Shown here one piece after another: positions 18,069 to 27,176 of a DNA stretch of 64,000 nt. The translations under genes were made by a program, and so were the position numbers. Source of the DNA: an uncultured Rhodobacteraceae bacterium (GTDB lineage: Bacteria; Pseudomonadota; Alphaproteobacteria; Rhodobacterales; Rhodobacteraceae); NCBI GenBank assembly GCA_937924905.1, contig CALDUK010000015.1, positions 3,267-67,266 on the forward strand, read 5' to 3'. The notes under the pieces are model-generated. The model saw only the letters and a list, made by a program, of their open reading frames with translations, was not told the DNA's origin and did no database searches. Every line of letters starts with the position of its first letter. Within the stretch, counting starts at the first letter, position 1.

Positions 18069-18953
18069 TCAGGCGCTTTTGCGTACGCTGTTGTCCAGGT
18101 TCGAATGCATGTGGCTAGACAAGTCGTCCATCAAAATGTCTTTTGGAAGAACCGGTTGAGGCATGTTCTTGATGGCATCAATTTCGACATTATTGGTGAT
18201 CAGGGCCAACACTGTCAAACCGGGCGTCCCATCGGGGAAAACACAACCTAAAAGGAGGCGCTGGAATGTGACGGGAAGAGGGTCTTCACCGTCTTTTGGA
18301 AGATGCGCATACAGGTGGTCAAGCCGAATACCGCCTTCGTCGTAGATGCGGGAATACGCGCCCGAGATAAATTCGTTGAACTCATCGCCAACGTTGTCTT
18401 CGTTCATCAGTTTGCCAATGGCACTTTTGGACCAAGTCCAACCGAACCATCTGGCGTAAGCAGATTCGGGACCCACATCGACAAAGACCCAACCTTGCGG
18501 TCCTTTCCGGTAAAGAACGGTGTAAGGACGGATCGCTTGTAAAGATGGGTGTTCAATGCGCGTTTCAGCGTCACCCCACGCAGCCAATGCTTCACGGGCA
18601 AGGGTCAAGCCGCCGGTCGCAACCTTGGAAACCGAGTGTTGCTGCGAGAAAAATTCGCGCCCGTCGCTATCGACAAAACGATTGTATTCAAGACCAGCGT
18701 TCAAGCTGCGGCTAAGCGAGGATTGTCCGGCGAAAGCGTCAAATTGGACAAGAAGGGAACGCGCATCTTCCAGACAGTCCTTGCCGAAATCAGTCAGGTG
18801 ATATTGGCGTTCGACTACTTCAAAAAGCGCTCCGCCTTTGATGCGTTCAAGGTCGTTGATATGACGCCGCACGGTTTGACGCGTCGCGTTGAGATCCTCG
18901 CACGTTTTTGACAGCCGTAAATGACTGCTCAACGTGACGAAAGCACGGATCAT
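18069..18953 (-). CDS. LysR-type HTH regulator with a divergent C-terminal domain
   Basis: First ATG (18953) of track ORF 18069..19037, which itself starts at a TTG. MIRAFVTLSSHLRLSKTCEDLNATRQTVRRHINDLE is a LysR-like wHTH. I did not recognise the C-terminal ~200 aa. Confidence 0.6.
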   Translation of the reverse strand: MIRAFVTLSSHLRLSKTCEDLNATRQTVRRHINDLERIKGGALFEVVERQYHLTDFGKDCLEDARSLLVQFDAFAGQSSLSRSLNAGLEYNRFVDSDGREFFSQQHSVSKVATGGLTLAREALAAWGDAETRIEHPSLQAIRPYTVLYRKGPQGWVFVDVGPESAYARWFGWTWSKSAIGKLMNEDNVGDEFNEFISGAYSRIYDEGGIRLDHLYAHLPKDGEDPLPVTFQRLLLGCVFPDGTPGLTVLALITNNVEIDAIKNMPQPVLPKDILMDDLSSHMHSNLDNSVRKSA

Positions 18954-19344
18954 AGCGATGGTTGCGCCACTATTGCTTTTGCTTTGGTACAAAATGCCTC
19001 TGCGGTAGCTAGCTATGTGAAAAAAACGAAAAAACAAACTCGAACCGGCTTATTGTGGCGCGACTTACGGGACAAATCATGGCAGGAAACTGTCAATTTA
19101 GCGATTATCTGTCTGGTTTGGCCATTTTCAATCTTGGATACCTTAGTATGGCATCAGCTACGCGGCCAGATATGGTGTTAACCAGAGCGTAGCAAATAGA
19201 ACACAAAGACAACATGCTGGCACAACGGCGCAGATCTGCCATTTTTCAGCCACGCCAGTTGGTAATCTGTCTACATTGCAAAGCGGTGTTCGCTTTGCGT
19301 GCAAACAAGACAGCAGGACGATGGCCAGGTGAGGGCCACTGAAT

Positions 19345-20745
19345 ATGGTTTTTTCTAATCCCGTTTTCCTGTTTCTGTTTTTGCCTGCGACGCTGCTGGC
19401 CTATTTTCTTTGCCCGAAAGCTCTGCGGAACCTCCTGCTTTTGGGGGCAAGTCTTTTCTTCTACGCGTGGGGCGAAGAGCTTTTTGTACTGGTCTTGATC
19501 GGGTCGATCGCCTTGAACTATGTGGCGGGGCTTGTCATTGACCGGGCGCGCGGTCCGCACCGTCTATGGGCGCTTTGGGGCGGGATTGCTGCCAATCTGG
19601 GCCTGTTGGGCTACTATAAGTACGCGGGATTTTTCTTTGAAAACATTGGCCTTTTGGAAGCGGCGAAAAATGCGCCCGCACTGCCCATCGGCATTTCTTT
19701 CTTCACATTTCAGGCGCTCTCGTATCTTGTCGACCTCTATTACGACCGCGTTCACGTGCAGAAAAGTCCGCTAAAGCTTGCGCTTTATATCTCGCTTTTC
19801 CCGCAGCTTATTGCGGGTCCGATCGTGCGCTACTCAGAGGTTGAAGCTGCGCTTTCGGATCGAAAAACCACTCGCAGCGACTTTTCCGAGGGGGTGCACC
19901 AATTTGTGCGGGGCCTTGCGAAGAAAACGCTTGTGGCTGACCCCATGGGGCTCGTGGCGGACCAAATCTATGCAATTCCGGCGGCGGGTCTAAGCCCTGA
20001 AACCGCTTGGCTTGGGGCTATTTGCTATGCGTTCCAGCTTTATTTCGACTTCTCGGCCTATTCAGACATGGCTATCGGTTTGGGGCGTATTTTCGGATTT
20101 CGGTTTCCGAAAAACTTTGACTATCCCTACACCGCACAGTCGGTGACCGAGTTCTGGCGCCGCTGGCATATGACATTGTCGTTTTGGTTTCGGGATTATT
20201 TATACATCCCGCTTGGCGGCAATCGTACCGGGGCAGGGCGGACGTATCTGAACCTTTGGATTGTCTTTCTGGCCACCGGTATTTGGCACGGGGCGGCTTG
20301 GACGTTTGTGGCTTGGGGCGCGTTTCACGGTCTTTTCCTGATCCTTGAACGGCTTGGACTGGCACGCGCCTTGGGCTATTGCCCACGCCCTGTCAGGCAT
20401 GCCTATCTTCTTATCGTTGTGTTGATAGGGTGGGTTATGTTCCGGTCCGAAACTTTTGCGCAATCCTGGTCGCTCTATCAATCGATGTTCCTGATGGAAC
20501 GGGGGGCGATGGCCAACAACTATCCAATAGAACGGTATCTGGACCTTTACACCTGCCTCATTCTGGCACTCGCCACGGTTTTGTCGATTGGCCTTCGCCC
20601 ATGGTTGCGCGCGAAATGGACCACCAAAGAAGGCGAAACGTCTGTCATGATCGGACGCGAGGTTTACTTTTGGACGCTTCTTATAGTGTCGCTCATATCT
20701 GTCGGTGCTGCCTCGTATAGCCCCTTCATCTATTTCAGGTTCTAA
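19345..20745 (+). CDS. MBOAT family membrane O-acyltransferase (AlgI/DltB/PatA-like)
   Basis: MVFSNPVFLFLFLPATLLAYFL start, polytopic, conserved His region IWHGAAW. 466 aa. Confidence 0.9.
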   Translation: MVFSNPVFLFLFLPATLLAYFLCPKALRNLLLLGASLFFYAWGEELFVLVLIGSIALNYVAGLVIDRARGPHRLWALWGGIAANLGLLGYYKYAGFFFENIGLLEAAKNAPALPIGISFFTFQALSYLVDLYYDRVHVQKSPLKLALYISLFPQLIAGPIVRYSEVEAALSDRKTTRSDFSEGVHQFVRGLAKKTLVADPMGLVADQIYAIPAAGLSPETAWLGAICYAFQLYFDFSAYSDMAIGLGRIFGFRFPKNFDYPYTAQSVTEFWRRWHMTLSFWFRDYLYIPLGGNRTGAGRTYLNLWIVFLATGIWHGAAWTFVAWGAFHGLFLILERLGLARALGYCPRPVRHAYLLIVVLIGWVMFRSETFAQSWSLYQSMFLMERGAMANNYPIERYLDLYTCLILALATVLSIGLRPWLRAKWTTKEGETSVMIGREVYFWTLLIVSLISVGAASYSPFIYFRF

Positions 20746-21873
20746 ATGACGCGTCCTGTTTCATATGTTTCGGTTTTTTTGGCGATGCTTCTTCTTGGGG
20801 GGCTCGGGCTTTTGACGATTGCTGATATCTTGGACGGGCCGGGGACGGAACGACAGGAAAGGGTTGCGGCAACACCTGACGTCCCGAAAGACGCAGGCGG
20901 CATCCCGCGCTTTCTCGCCCAATCAAGATTGTATGTCGGCGAACGCTATGCCTTGAAGGATAGTTTTGTGGCCTGGAATGGTCTTGTAAACCACGTCGGC
21001 TTCAACCGCAGTCCGGCCCCGAATGTGGTGTTGGGACAAAACGGGTATCTTTATCTGTCCAGTCAGGGCGCAATCGAAATCAGCCAGGGCCAAAGCCGGT
21101 TGCGGGCAGATGAAACTGCCGATTGGACCGCAACACTCGGCCAGTTGAAAACCGCTTTCGACGCGCGTGGTATCCAATACGGACTTATAATCGGTCCAAA
21201 CAAACATACCATTTTCCCCGAAAACCTGCCCGAATGGGTGGGACCGGTGGCGTGGGACCAAACCCGCGCGCATGACGTCATGACTGTGGCCAAGACTGTG
21301 TTTGGGGCAACATTCGTCGACACACGGCAGGCCTTGATCGCAGCGCGTGGCGACTATGGTAACGACAAACTCTATCACCCGACCGACACGCACTGGACCG
21401 AGCTTGGGGCAGCCCTTGCCACGCAAAAAGCTCTTGCTGCGCTAGGGGTCGATTTGCCGGTCCCCGAATTTGAAGTCGCCACACTGCCCCGCGCCGGGGA
21501 TCTGTCGCGGATGATCGGCCTGCAGGGCAGGCAGGTAGCAACCGCGCCGGAATTGCCAAGAACCTGGGCCTGCACTGATGCCGACGGCAATGAGATGGAA
21601 ATCATCACAATTGATCCAATCATGCCGAAACGGTTTTCTTGTGGATCACCTGATGGGTTGCCCACGAAACTGGTCATTTTCAATGACTCGTTCGGTGTAT
21701 CCGCTATCCCTTTCGTCGCGCAGCATTTCCAAAACGTTGAGTTCATCTGGGAAGATGCTGCCAACCCCGATCAGGCGGCAGAGCTGGACGCGGATATTGT
21801 TCTGCACATCATTGTTGAACGAAAGATGATCCAGGATGATCCGTCCAGCTGGTTGTTGAAGTCGCCCCGCTAA
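20746..21873 (+). CDS. AlgJ/AlgX-like (DHHW-type) periplasmic O-acetyltransferase partner
   Basis: Starts 1 nt after the MBOAT stop. N-terminal membrane anchor and the YHPTDTHWT motif characteristic of AlgJ/AlgX-type proteins. Confidence 0.7.
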   Translation: MTRPVSYVSVFLAMLLLGGLGLLTIADILDGPGTERQERVAATPDVPKDAGGIPRFLAQSRLYVGERYALKDSFVAWNGLVNHVGFNRSPAPNVVLGQNGYLYLSSQGAIEISQGQSRLRADETADWTATLGQLKTAFDARGIQYGLIIGPNKHTIFPENLPEWVGPVAWDQTRAHDVMTVAKTVFGATFVDTRQALIAARGDYGNDKLYHPTDTHWTELGAALATQKALAALGVDLPVPEFEVATLPRAGDLSRMIGLQGRQVATAPELPRTWACTDADGNEMEIITIDPIMPKRFSCGSPDGLPTKLVIFNDSFGVSAIPFVAQHFQNVEFIWEDAANPDQAAELDADIVLHIIVERKMIQDDPSSWLLKSPR

Positions 21874-21874
21874 G

Positions 21875-22516
21875 ATGAAACGTTCGTTTGCATTGATCCT
21901 TGGCATTTTCGGGTTCGGTCTGGGCGTTTTGGTTGCGACCTTTCTGTCAGCCTCCGTGCCCGCTCAGAACCCACAGGCGGTTTGCCGCCCCTCTGCGCCC
22001 GAACAATTGGCGAATGGCCCAAAGGTTCTGTTTTGGGGCAACAGTCTGGCCTTTGATCACAACTGGCGGCTTCGCAGGTCAGTTCCTGTGAATTGCGCCC
22101 GTCAAGGTATGACGGCAAAGGCGGCGTTGGAGGTGATCCACACCTTACCAGCCATCGAATTTGACGCGATTGTCGTCGTGTTCGGCACGGTCGAACTGCT
22201 GCGCGACATCAAAAGTGTCGATCAGTTTTCAGCCGCAATCAGCACAAATATCGCACAATTGAGTTCAGCCTATGACGGGTCTAAAATTGTTGTTGTTGGC
22301 GTGCCAGAAGGCCCTCTGGATGTGTGGCGATACAATTCAGACGTTCCAGCATCGGCGATGAATGACGTTTTGCGCCAGATAGACGGGGTAGACTACATTG
22401 ACACCACCCAAGTTCTTTCTGACCTGCCTTGGGACATGCAGACGTATGATGGCATTCATTTGACCGCCGAGTCTTATGCCATACTGGAACGGGCGTTGAT
22501 TGAACGGATTAATTAA
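21875..22516 (+). CDS. SGNH/GDSL hydrolase-fold protein with signal peptide
   Basis: Starts 2 nt after the previous stop. Block I-like FWGNSLA and block V-like DGIHLT. 213 aa. Confidence 0.65.
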   Translation: MKRSFALILGIFGFGLGVLVATFLSASVPAQNPQAVCRPSAPEQLANGPKVLFWGNSLAFDHNWRLRRSVPVNCARQGMTAKAALEVIHTLPAIEFDAIVVVFGTVELLRDIKSVDQFSAAISTNIAQLSSAYDGSKIVVVGVPEGPLDVWRYNSDVPASAMNDVLRQIDGVDYIDTTQVLSDLPWDMQTYDGIHLTAESYAILERALIERIN

Positions 22517-22573
22517 ACGCGCAATCCTCAAGGTGTTCGTCGACCGCGCTTGCCTGACAACCATTTGAGTGCC

Positions 22574-23797
22574 TTAAGTCGAAAATGGATCCTTCAACGC
22601 CGGCTGCACGGTGCCGCTGCAATCGCCAAACCCAATCAGATACCCGTCGCCTTCGGCTGCGCCATGCAGACCAACAGTGTCGCCGTCTTCGACAAAACTG
22701 CGCGGTCCGGACGCTGTTTCAAGTGGCTCTTTTCCGCCCCAACTCAATTCCAAAAAAGACCCGCGGTTTTCGCGTTCCGGCCCCGATATCGTGCCTGACC
22801 CAAGCAAATCGCCCACGCGCATGGGGCAACCCGATGTGGTGTGATGTGCCAGTTGCTGGGCGGCGGAATAATACATTTCACGATAGTTCGTCTTGGCAAT
22901 CGTCTCACCGTTCAATGTGACGGACAGGGGAATGTCATACAGCATCGGGCCTGTGTCCCGAAGATGGGGCAGCAGATCTTTCTCCCGCATGGGTGAGGCG
23001 CATCGGAAGGGCTCCAAGGCTTCTTTCGTCACAATCCAGGGACTGATAGTGGTCGCCGTTGCCTTGGCTTGAAACGGGCCCAGGGGTTGGTATTCCCAGG
23101 CTTGTATGTCGCGCGCTGACCAGTCGTTCAGCAGAACATAGCCGAAGATATTCGCATCCGCCTGATCTACGTTAAGCGGCGTGTTCGAGGCACGACCGAC
23201 GATCGCACCCATTTCCAGTTCGATATCAAAACGCGCGGAAGGCGCCCATCGAGGTGCTGTATCATCAGGCCCCTTCAACTGACCCCAAGGGCGTCGAACA
23301 TCCGTGCCAGACACCACCACCGAAGACGCACGGCCGTTATAGCCGATTGGAATGTGCAACCAATTCGGCGGCAGAGCGTTTTCGGCACCGCGGAACATAG
23401 TACCGACATTCGTGGCATGGTGCTGGCCCGCATAGAAATCAGTAAATTCGCTGACGGTGAACGGCATATGCATGACAGCTTCGGCCTGTGGCACCAGCGC
23501 GCCTGCGCGTTCATCTGCGCCTTCGGCCAGCGTATTCGATAACGCCGCACGCAATGCAGCCCAAACTTGCGGCGTCTGTTCCATCACCGCGTTCCAACCG
23601 CGCGCGTCTTCCAGCAAGGACGGTTCAACGGGCAAAAGATCAGCAATTTTGGCGACGTCAAGAATCTGATCCCCGATGGCGACGCCCAATCGGCATGGGC
23701 CGCTGCCCAGCGAAAAGACACCATAGGGCAGGTTGTTCAGTGGGAATGGCGTGTCTGCGTGATTGGCCGAAGCGACCCAGGAACGTTTCAAAGTCAT
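22574..23797 (-). CDS. fahA: Fumarylacetoacetase
   Basis: MTLKRSWVASANHADTPFPLNNLPYGVFS...RLGVAIGDQILD, the characteristic FAH N-terminal domain plus catalytic domain. 407 aa. Confidence 0.9.
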   Translation of the reverse strand: MTLKRSWVASANHADTPFPLNNLPYGVFSLGSGPCRLGVAIGDQILDVAKIADLLPVEPSLLEDARGWNAVMEQTPQVWAALRAALSNTLAEGADERAGALVPQAEAVMHMPFTVSEFTDFYAGQHHATNVGTMFRGAENALPPNWLHIPIGYNGRASSVVVSGTDVRRPWGQLKGPDDTAPRWAPSARFDIELEMGAIVGRASNTPLNVDQADANIFGYVLLNDWSARDIQAWEYQPLGPFQAKATATTISPWIVTKEALEPFRCASPMREKDLLPHLRDTGPMLYDIPLSVTLNGETIAKTNYREMYYSAAQQLAHHTTSGCPMRVGDLLGSGTISGPERENRGSFLELSWGGKEPLETASGPRSFVEDGDTVGLHGAAEGDGYLIGFGDCSGTVQPALKDPFST

Positions 23798-24135
23798 GTG
23801 GCATCCATCTGTTTCTCGGGCCGGGCCGCATCAAAGGCCGCCAGCGCCAAGCACTTGCGTGCGCAAAACAGCGTCGTCGTTTGGCAAAAGCGGGGGGATG
23901 GGACCACCTGATCCAGATAATCCAAAATGGCAATCGATTTGGTCAAAACGGTCCCGTCTTCAAGCACCAGAGTCGGCACGCGTTTGACGGGGTTCAGTCT
24001 GGCATAATCCGGTTTGCGATGTTCCCCGGCCACAAGATTGACCGGTCGGATGGTGTAGACAATCCCCTTCAGGCCCAGTGCAATGCGCACGCGGTAAGAG
24101 GTGGTTGAACGCGAATAGCTATATAATGTCAGCAT
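23794..24135 (-). pseudogene. maiA: Maleylacetoacetate isomerase (GST zeta) remnant: N-terminal domain only, frameshifted and truncated
   Basis: MLTLYSYSRSTTSYRVRIALGLKGI...LNPVKRVPTLVLEDGTVLTKSIAILDYLDQ matches the GST-zeta N-domain. After a C-run the homology (PPLLPNDDAVLRTQV) continues in another frame for about 20 codons and hits TGA. There is no room for the ~100-aa C-domain before fahA. Confidence 0.6.
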
Positions 24136-24315
24136 TTCACCTTTGCCCAATTCCAACCACAAGGCCGGCCGCCCGCTGCATCCCCGAAACTATTGGCTGA
24201 TTTTGTAACCAACAACACAGAAGTTACGTTTGCGACTAATGCGCAAGAGGAAACCGTGATCGGTATCAAGGCCAACGCCTGTTAATCTGCCACCGCTTTG
24301 GGCTCGGCGCGCACG

Positions 24316-25077
24316 TTAGGTCGGCTGCCGCTCAGCCCAGCCTGCAAAAACTCTCTCAAGCCACACCACAATGTAATACAAAACAATCCCCAGCAGTGCC
24401 AAAGCGATCAGTACGGCAAACATCAGCGGATAGTCGGAATTGGTTTTTCCGCTGTCGAACAATGCACCCAACCCACGCCCATGAGGGCTGACAATTTCCA
24501 TAAGGTTCGTGCCAATAAATGCCAGCGTCACCGCGACTTTCAGTGCACCAAAAAATTCGGGCAGAGTTTTCGGCAGCGCAATTTTCCAAAAGATCGTCGA
24601 TTGCGATGCTCCAAGGGACCGCAGGATGTCGCGGTATTCAGGCTCTAGCGTAGAAAGCCCGATGGACACAGAAACAGCGATTGGGAAAAAGCTGATCATA
24701 AATGCAATCAGCACCGTGTTGAAATCATGCGCGCCAACGAACAACAGCGCGACGATCGGCACGATCGTCGCTTTGGGTATTGCGTTGAACCCCACCAAAA
24801 GCGGGTAAAGCGCATCGCGCATTGTCCGCGAAAATCCCATGACCATCCCCAAAACCACGCCAAAGACGATGGCCAGGATCAAGCCCAGCACCGTACGCCA
24901 AAGTGTTTGCCACCCCATGATCAGAAACAGGTTCCAGAATTTTGAATAAGCCGCTGGCAGATCCGAAGGCGAGGCCATGATGTAATTCGGCCAATCGTTT
25001 ATCCAGACAATCGCTTCCCAAAGAACCAGAAAAACCAACATCGCAGCCAGAGGTACAGCAATCTTGCTGAGCATCAC
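24316..25077 (-). CDS. ABC transporter permease (NitT/TauT/ThiX type)
   Basis: Track ORF, 253 aa, polytopic. 4-nt overlap with the ATPase gene. Confidence 0.85.
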   Translation of the reverse strand: MMLSKIAVPLAAMLVFLVLWEAIVWINDWPNYIMASPSDLPAAYSKFWNLFLIMGWQTLWRTVLGLILAIVFGVVLGMVMGFSRTMRDALYPLLVGFNAIPKATIVPIVALLFVGAHDFNTVLIAFMISFFPIAVSVSIGLSTLEPEYRDILRSLGASQSTIFWKIALPKTLPEFFGALKVAVTLAFIGTNLMEIVSPHGRGLGALFDSGKTNSDYPLMFAVLIALALLGIVLYYIVVWLERVFAGWAERQPT

Positions 25078-25874
25078 GCGGCCTCCCCGTTGGCAGGCGC
25101 ACGGCCTTGTGCAATCTCAATCTGGTGACGCAAAATGTTCAGTCGTTCGGCGGCTTCGGGCGTATAAAGATCATCCAGCGTTCTTGTGCGGTTTGTCGGG
25201 ATATCCATCACGTATTGCGTGCGGGCCGGACGACCGGACAAAACGATGACTTGATCGGCCAGAAAAATGGACTCCCTCAGATCATGGGTGATCAGGACGC
25301 CGGTGAACGGTTCTTCTTCTTTGACTTTCAACATCGTTTGCCACAAGTCTTCGCGCGTAAAAGCATCAAGCGCGCCAAAAGGTTCGTCCAGTATCAAAAC
25401 CTCGGGCTTGTGGACCAGCGACCGGCACAGCGAGGCGCGTTGCCGCATACCGCCTGACAATTCCGAGGGCCGTTTGTCTTCGAACCCTTCAAGCCCCACA
25501 AGTGCCAAAAGCTCCCTTGCCCGCGCTTCCTGTTGCGCTGCTGTCATGGGGGTTTTGACAATCTCCAGAGGCAGCATGACGTTTTTCAAAATGCTGCGCC
25601 ATTCCAAAAGTACAGGGTTCTGAAACGCCATGCCAACTGTTGAACGCGGACCTTTCACGCGTTCGCCATGCAACCAAACTTCGCCTTCGTCAGGTTTCAT
25701 CAAGCCAGCGATCAATCGCGTCAGGGTGGACTTGCCACACCCGGATGGTCCGACAACTGCGACGAAGCCGCCTTCGGGCACAGACACCTCTAACCCATCC
25801 AGAACAGGCAGGGGGCCGCTGGCGGTCTGATACGCATGTCGCACAGACTTAATCTCGATCAACGCGTCGCTCAT
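25074..25874 (-). CDS. ABC transporter ATP-binding protein (NitT/TauT type)
   Basis: Internal ATG 25874 of track ORF 25074..25928. [35 protein letters not shown]. Confidence 0.9.
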   Translation of the reverse strand: MSDALIEIKSVRHAYQTASGPLPVLDGLEVSVPEGGFVAVVGPSGCGKSTLTRLIAGLMKPDEGEVWLHGERVKGPRSTVGMAFQNPVLLEWRSILKNVMLPLEIVKTPMTAAQQEARARELLALVGLEGFEDKRPSELSGGMRQRASLCRSLVHKPEVLILDEPFGALDAFTREDLWQTMLKVKEEEPFTGVLITHDLRESIFLADQVIVLSGRPARTQYVMDIPTNRTRTLDDLYTPEAAERLNILRHQIEIAQGRAPANGEAA

Positions 25875-25958
25875 GGTCGTCTTCTCGGTGAAATGGCTGG
25901 GCAGGGGAAAGGCAACGCCTCTCCCCAAAAGGGCGCCGCCTGTTGGCGACGCCTTTTG

Positions 25959-26960
25959 TCAATTCAGCTTGAACCCACCATCCGGCAGATAGGTATCGGT
26001 GAAATAGAGCGATGCATCAGGTTCATTCTGAAACTCATAGGTTTTGGCCAGTTGACCCAGTGCGGCGTCCATTCGTGCGGCGTCAATGTCGCCCATGCCG
26101 TTGGCCATGACGAATGCGGTCGCGACATTCTGGTCCAGTGCCATCTGCAGGCGTTCCTGTTCGAGTGCCGGATCAGCGGCCGGATTGCGTTTGACAAGCG
26201 CTTCGATGCCCATCGCAGGATTGGCTTTCACATCTTGCCAGCCTTTGGCCACGGCACGCAAGAATTTTTCAATCGTTTCGCCGTTTTCAGCCGCCCAATC
26301 CGTGTTCACAAGGATGGCGTTACCGTAAAGTTGAAGCCCGTGATCAGCCATCAAGATATTCGAGATATCGTCGCCCGGCACGCCAAGACGCTTTAGGTTC
26401 ACAACCGACGAAAAGGAAAACCCGGTGATCGCGGCCACATTGCCTTCGGCCAACATTGGCTCGCGGGTTGGGAAACCGACGGGTTCGACGGTGACGGTGC
26501 TGGCATCAATCCCGGTTTCGTCCACAAAAACCGGCCACTGCGCCCAAGCGCCATCCGGTGGCGGAGCACCCAAAACCTTGCCTTCCAGGTCAGCGGGGCC
26601 TGAAACTCCCAGCGACTTGCGGCCAACGATTGCAAACGGTGGCTTGTCGTACACCATCATCACGGCGGTGACCGGCGCGCCCGGGTTCTGATCAAGAAAC
26701 TTGATAACGCTGTTTATGTCGCCAAAGCCGATTGGAAATGCGCCGGTGGCAATTTTCGGAATAGTCTGAACTGACCCGGACCCGGCTTCGATCGTCACTT
26801 CCAGCCCTTCTTCCGCGAAATGGCCATTGTCGATAGCCGCAAAGTATGGCGCGGACGGTCCTTCGAATTTCCAATCAAGTGCGAAGGGCACCTTTGTTTG
26901 GGCGAAAGCCGCGCTTGCAGCAAAAAGGCCAGCAGCGGCCAGAAATGCACGGGTAAGCAA
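25959..26960 (-). CDS. ABC transporter substrate-binding protein, NMT1/THI5-like
   Basis: Track ORF 25959..26993 starts at a GTG. I prefer TTG 26960, which has AAGGAGA 7 nt upstream and gives signal peptide (M)LTRAFLAAAGLFAASAAFAQ. Confidence 0.75.
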   Translation of the reverse strand: MLTRAFLAAAGLFAASAAFAQTKVPFALDWKFEGPSAPYFAAIDNGHFAEEGLEVTIEAGSGSVQTIPKIATGAFPIGFGDINSVIKFLDQNPGAPVTAVMMVYDKPPFAIVGRKSLGVSGPADLEGKVLGAPPPDGAWAQWPVFVDETGIDASTVTVEPVGFPTREPMLAEGNVAAITGFSFSSVVNLKRLGVPGDDISNILMADHGLQLYGNAILVNTDWAAENGETIEKFLRAVAKGWQDVKANPAMGIEALVKRNPAADPALEQERLQMALDQNVATAFVMANGMGDIDAARMDAALGQLAKTYEFQNEPDASLYFTDTYLPDGGFKLN

Positions 26961-27176
26961 GTGAATGTCTCCTTGGTTAGACTTTGTTCTCACATGGGGA
27001 TATTTGGCGACTAACCAGTCGCGTCAAACCAGTCCCACTCTGGTTCAGCAATCAACGTATCATTGCCTGTCAGATTGGCAATCTCTTACCGAAGTGATGC
27101 AAAACCGGTCAGGTTTGCATCGCTAAACCCGACCGCTTCCACAGGTTTCCATTGCAGCAAAAGCGCGTGCCAAGCA

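Noticed and set aside
26961-27176. Possible TPP or other riboswitch in the leader of the NMT1-type ABC operon
   Set aside because: I could not find the conserved CUGAGA / ACCUGAUCUGGAUAAUGCCAGCG-type cores on the minus strand. Only generic hairpins are present. A covariance-model scan is needed to be sure.
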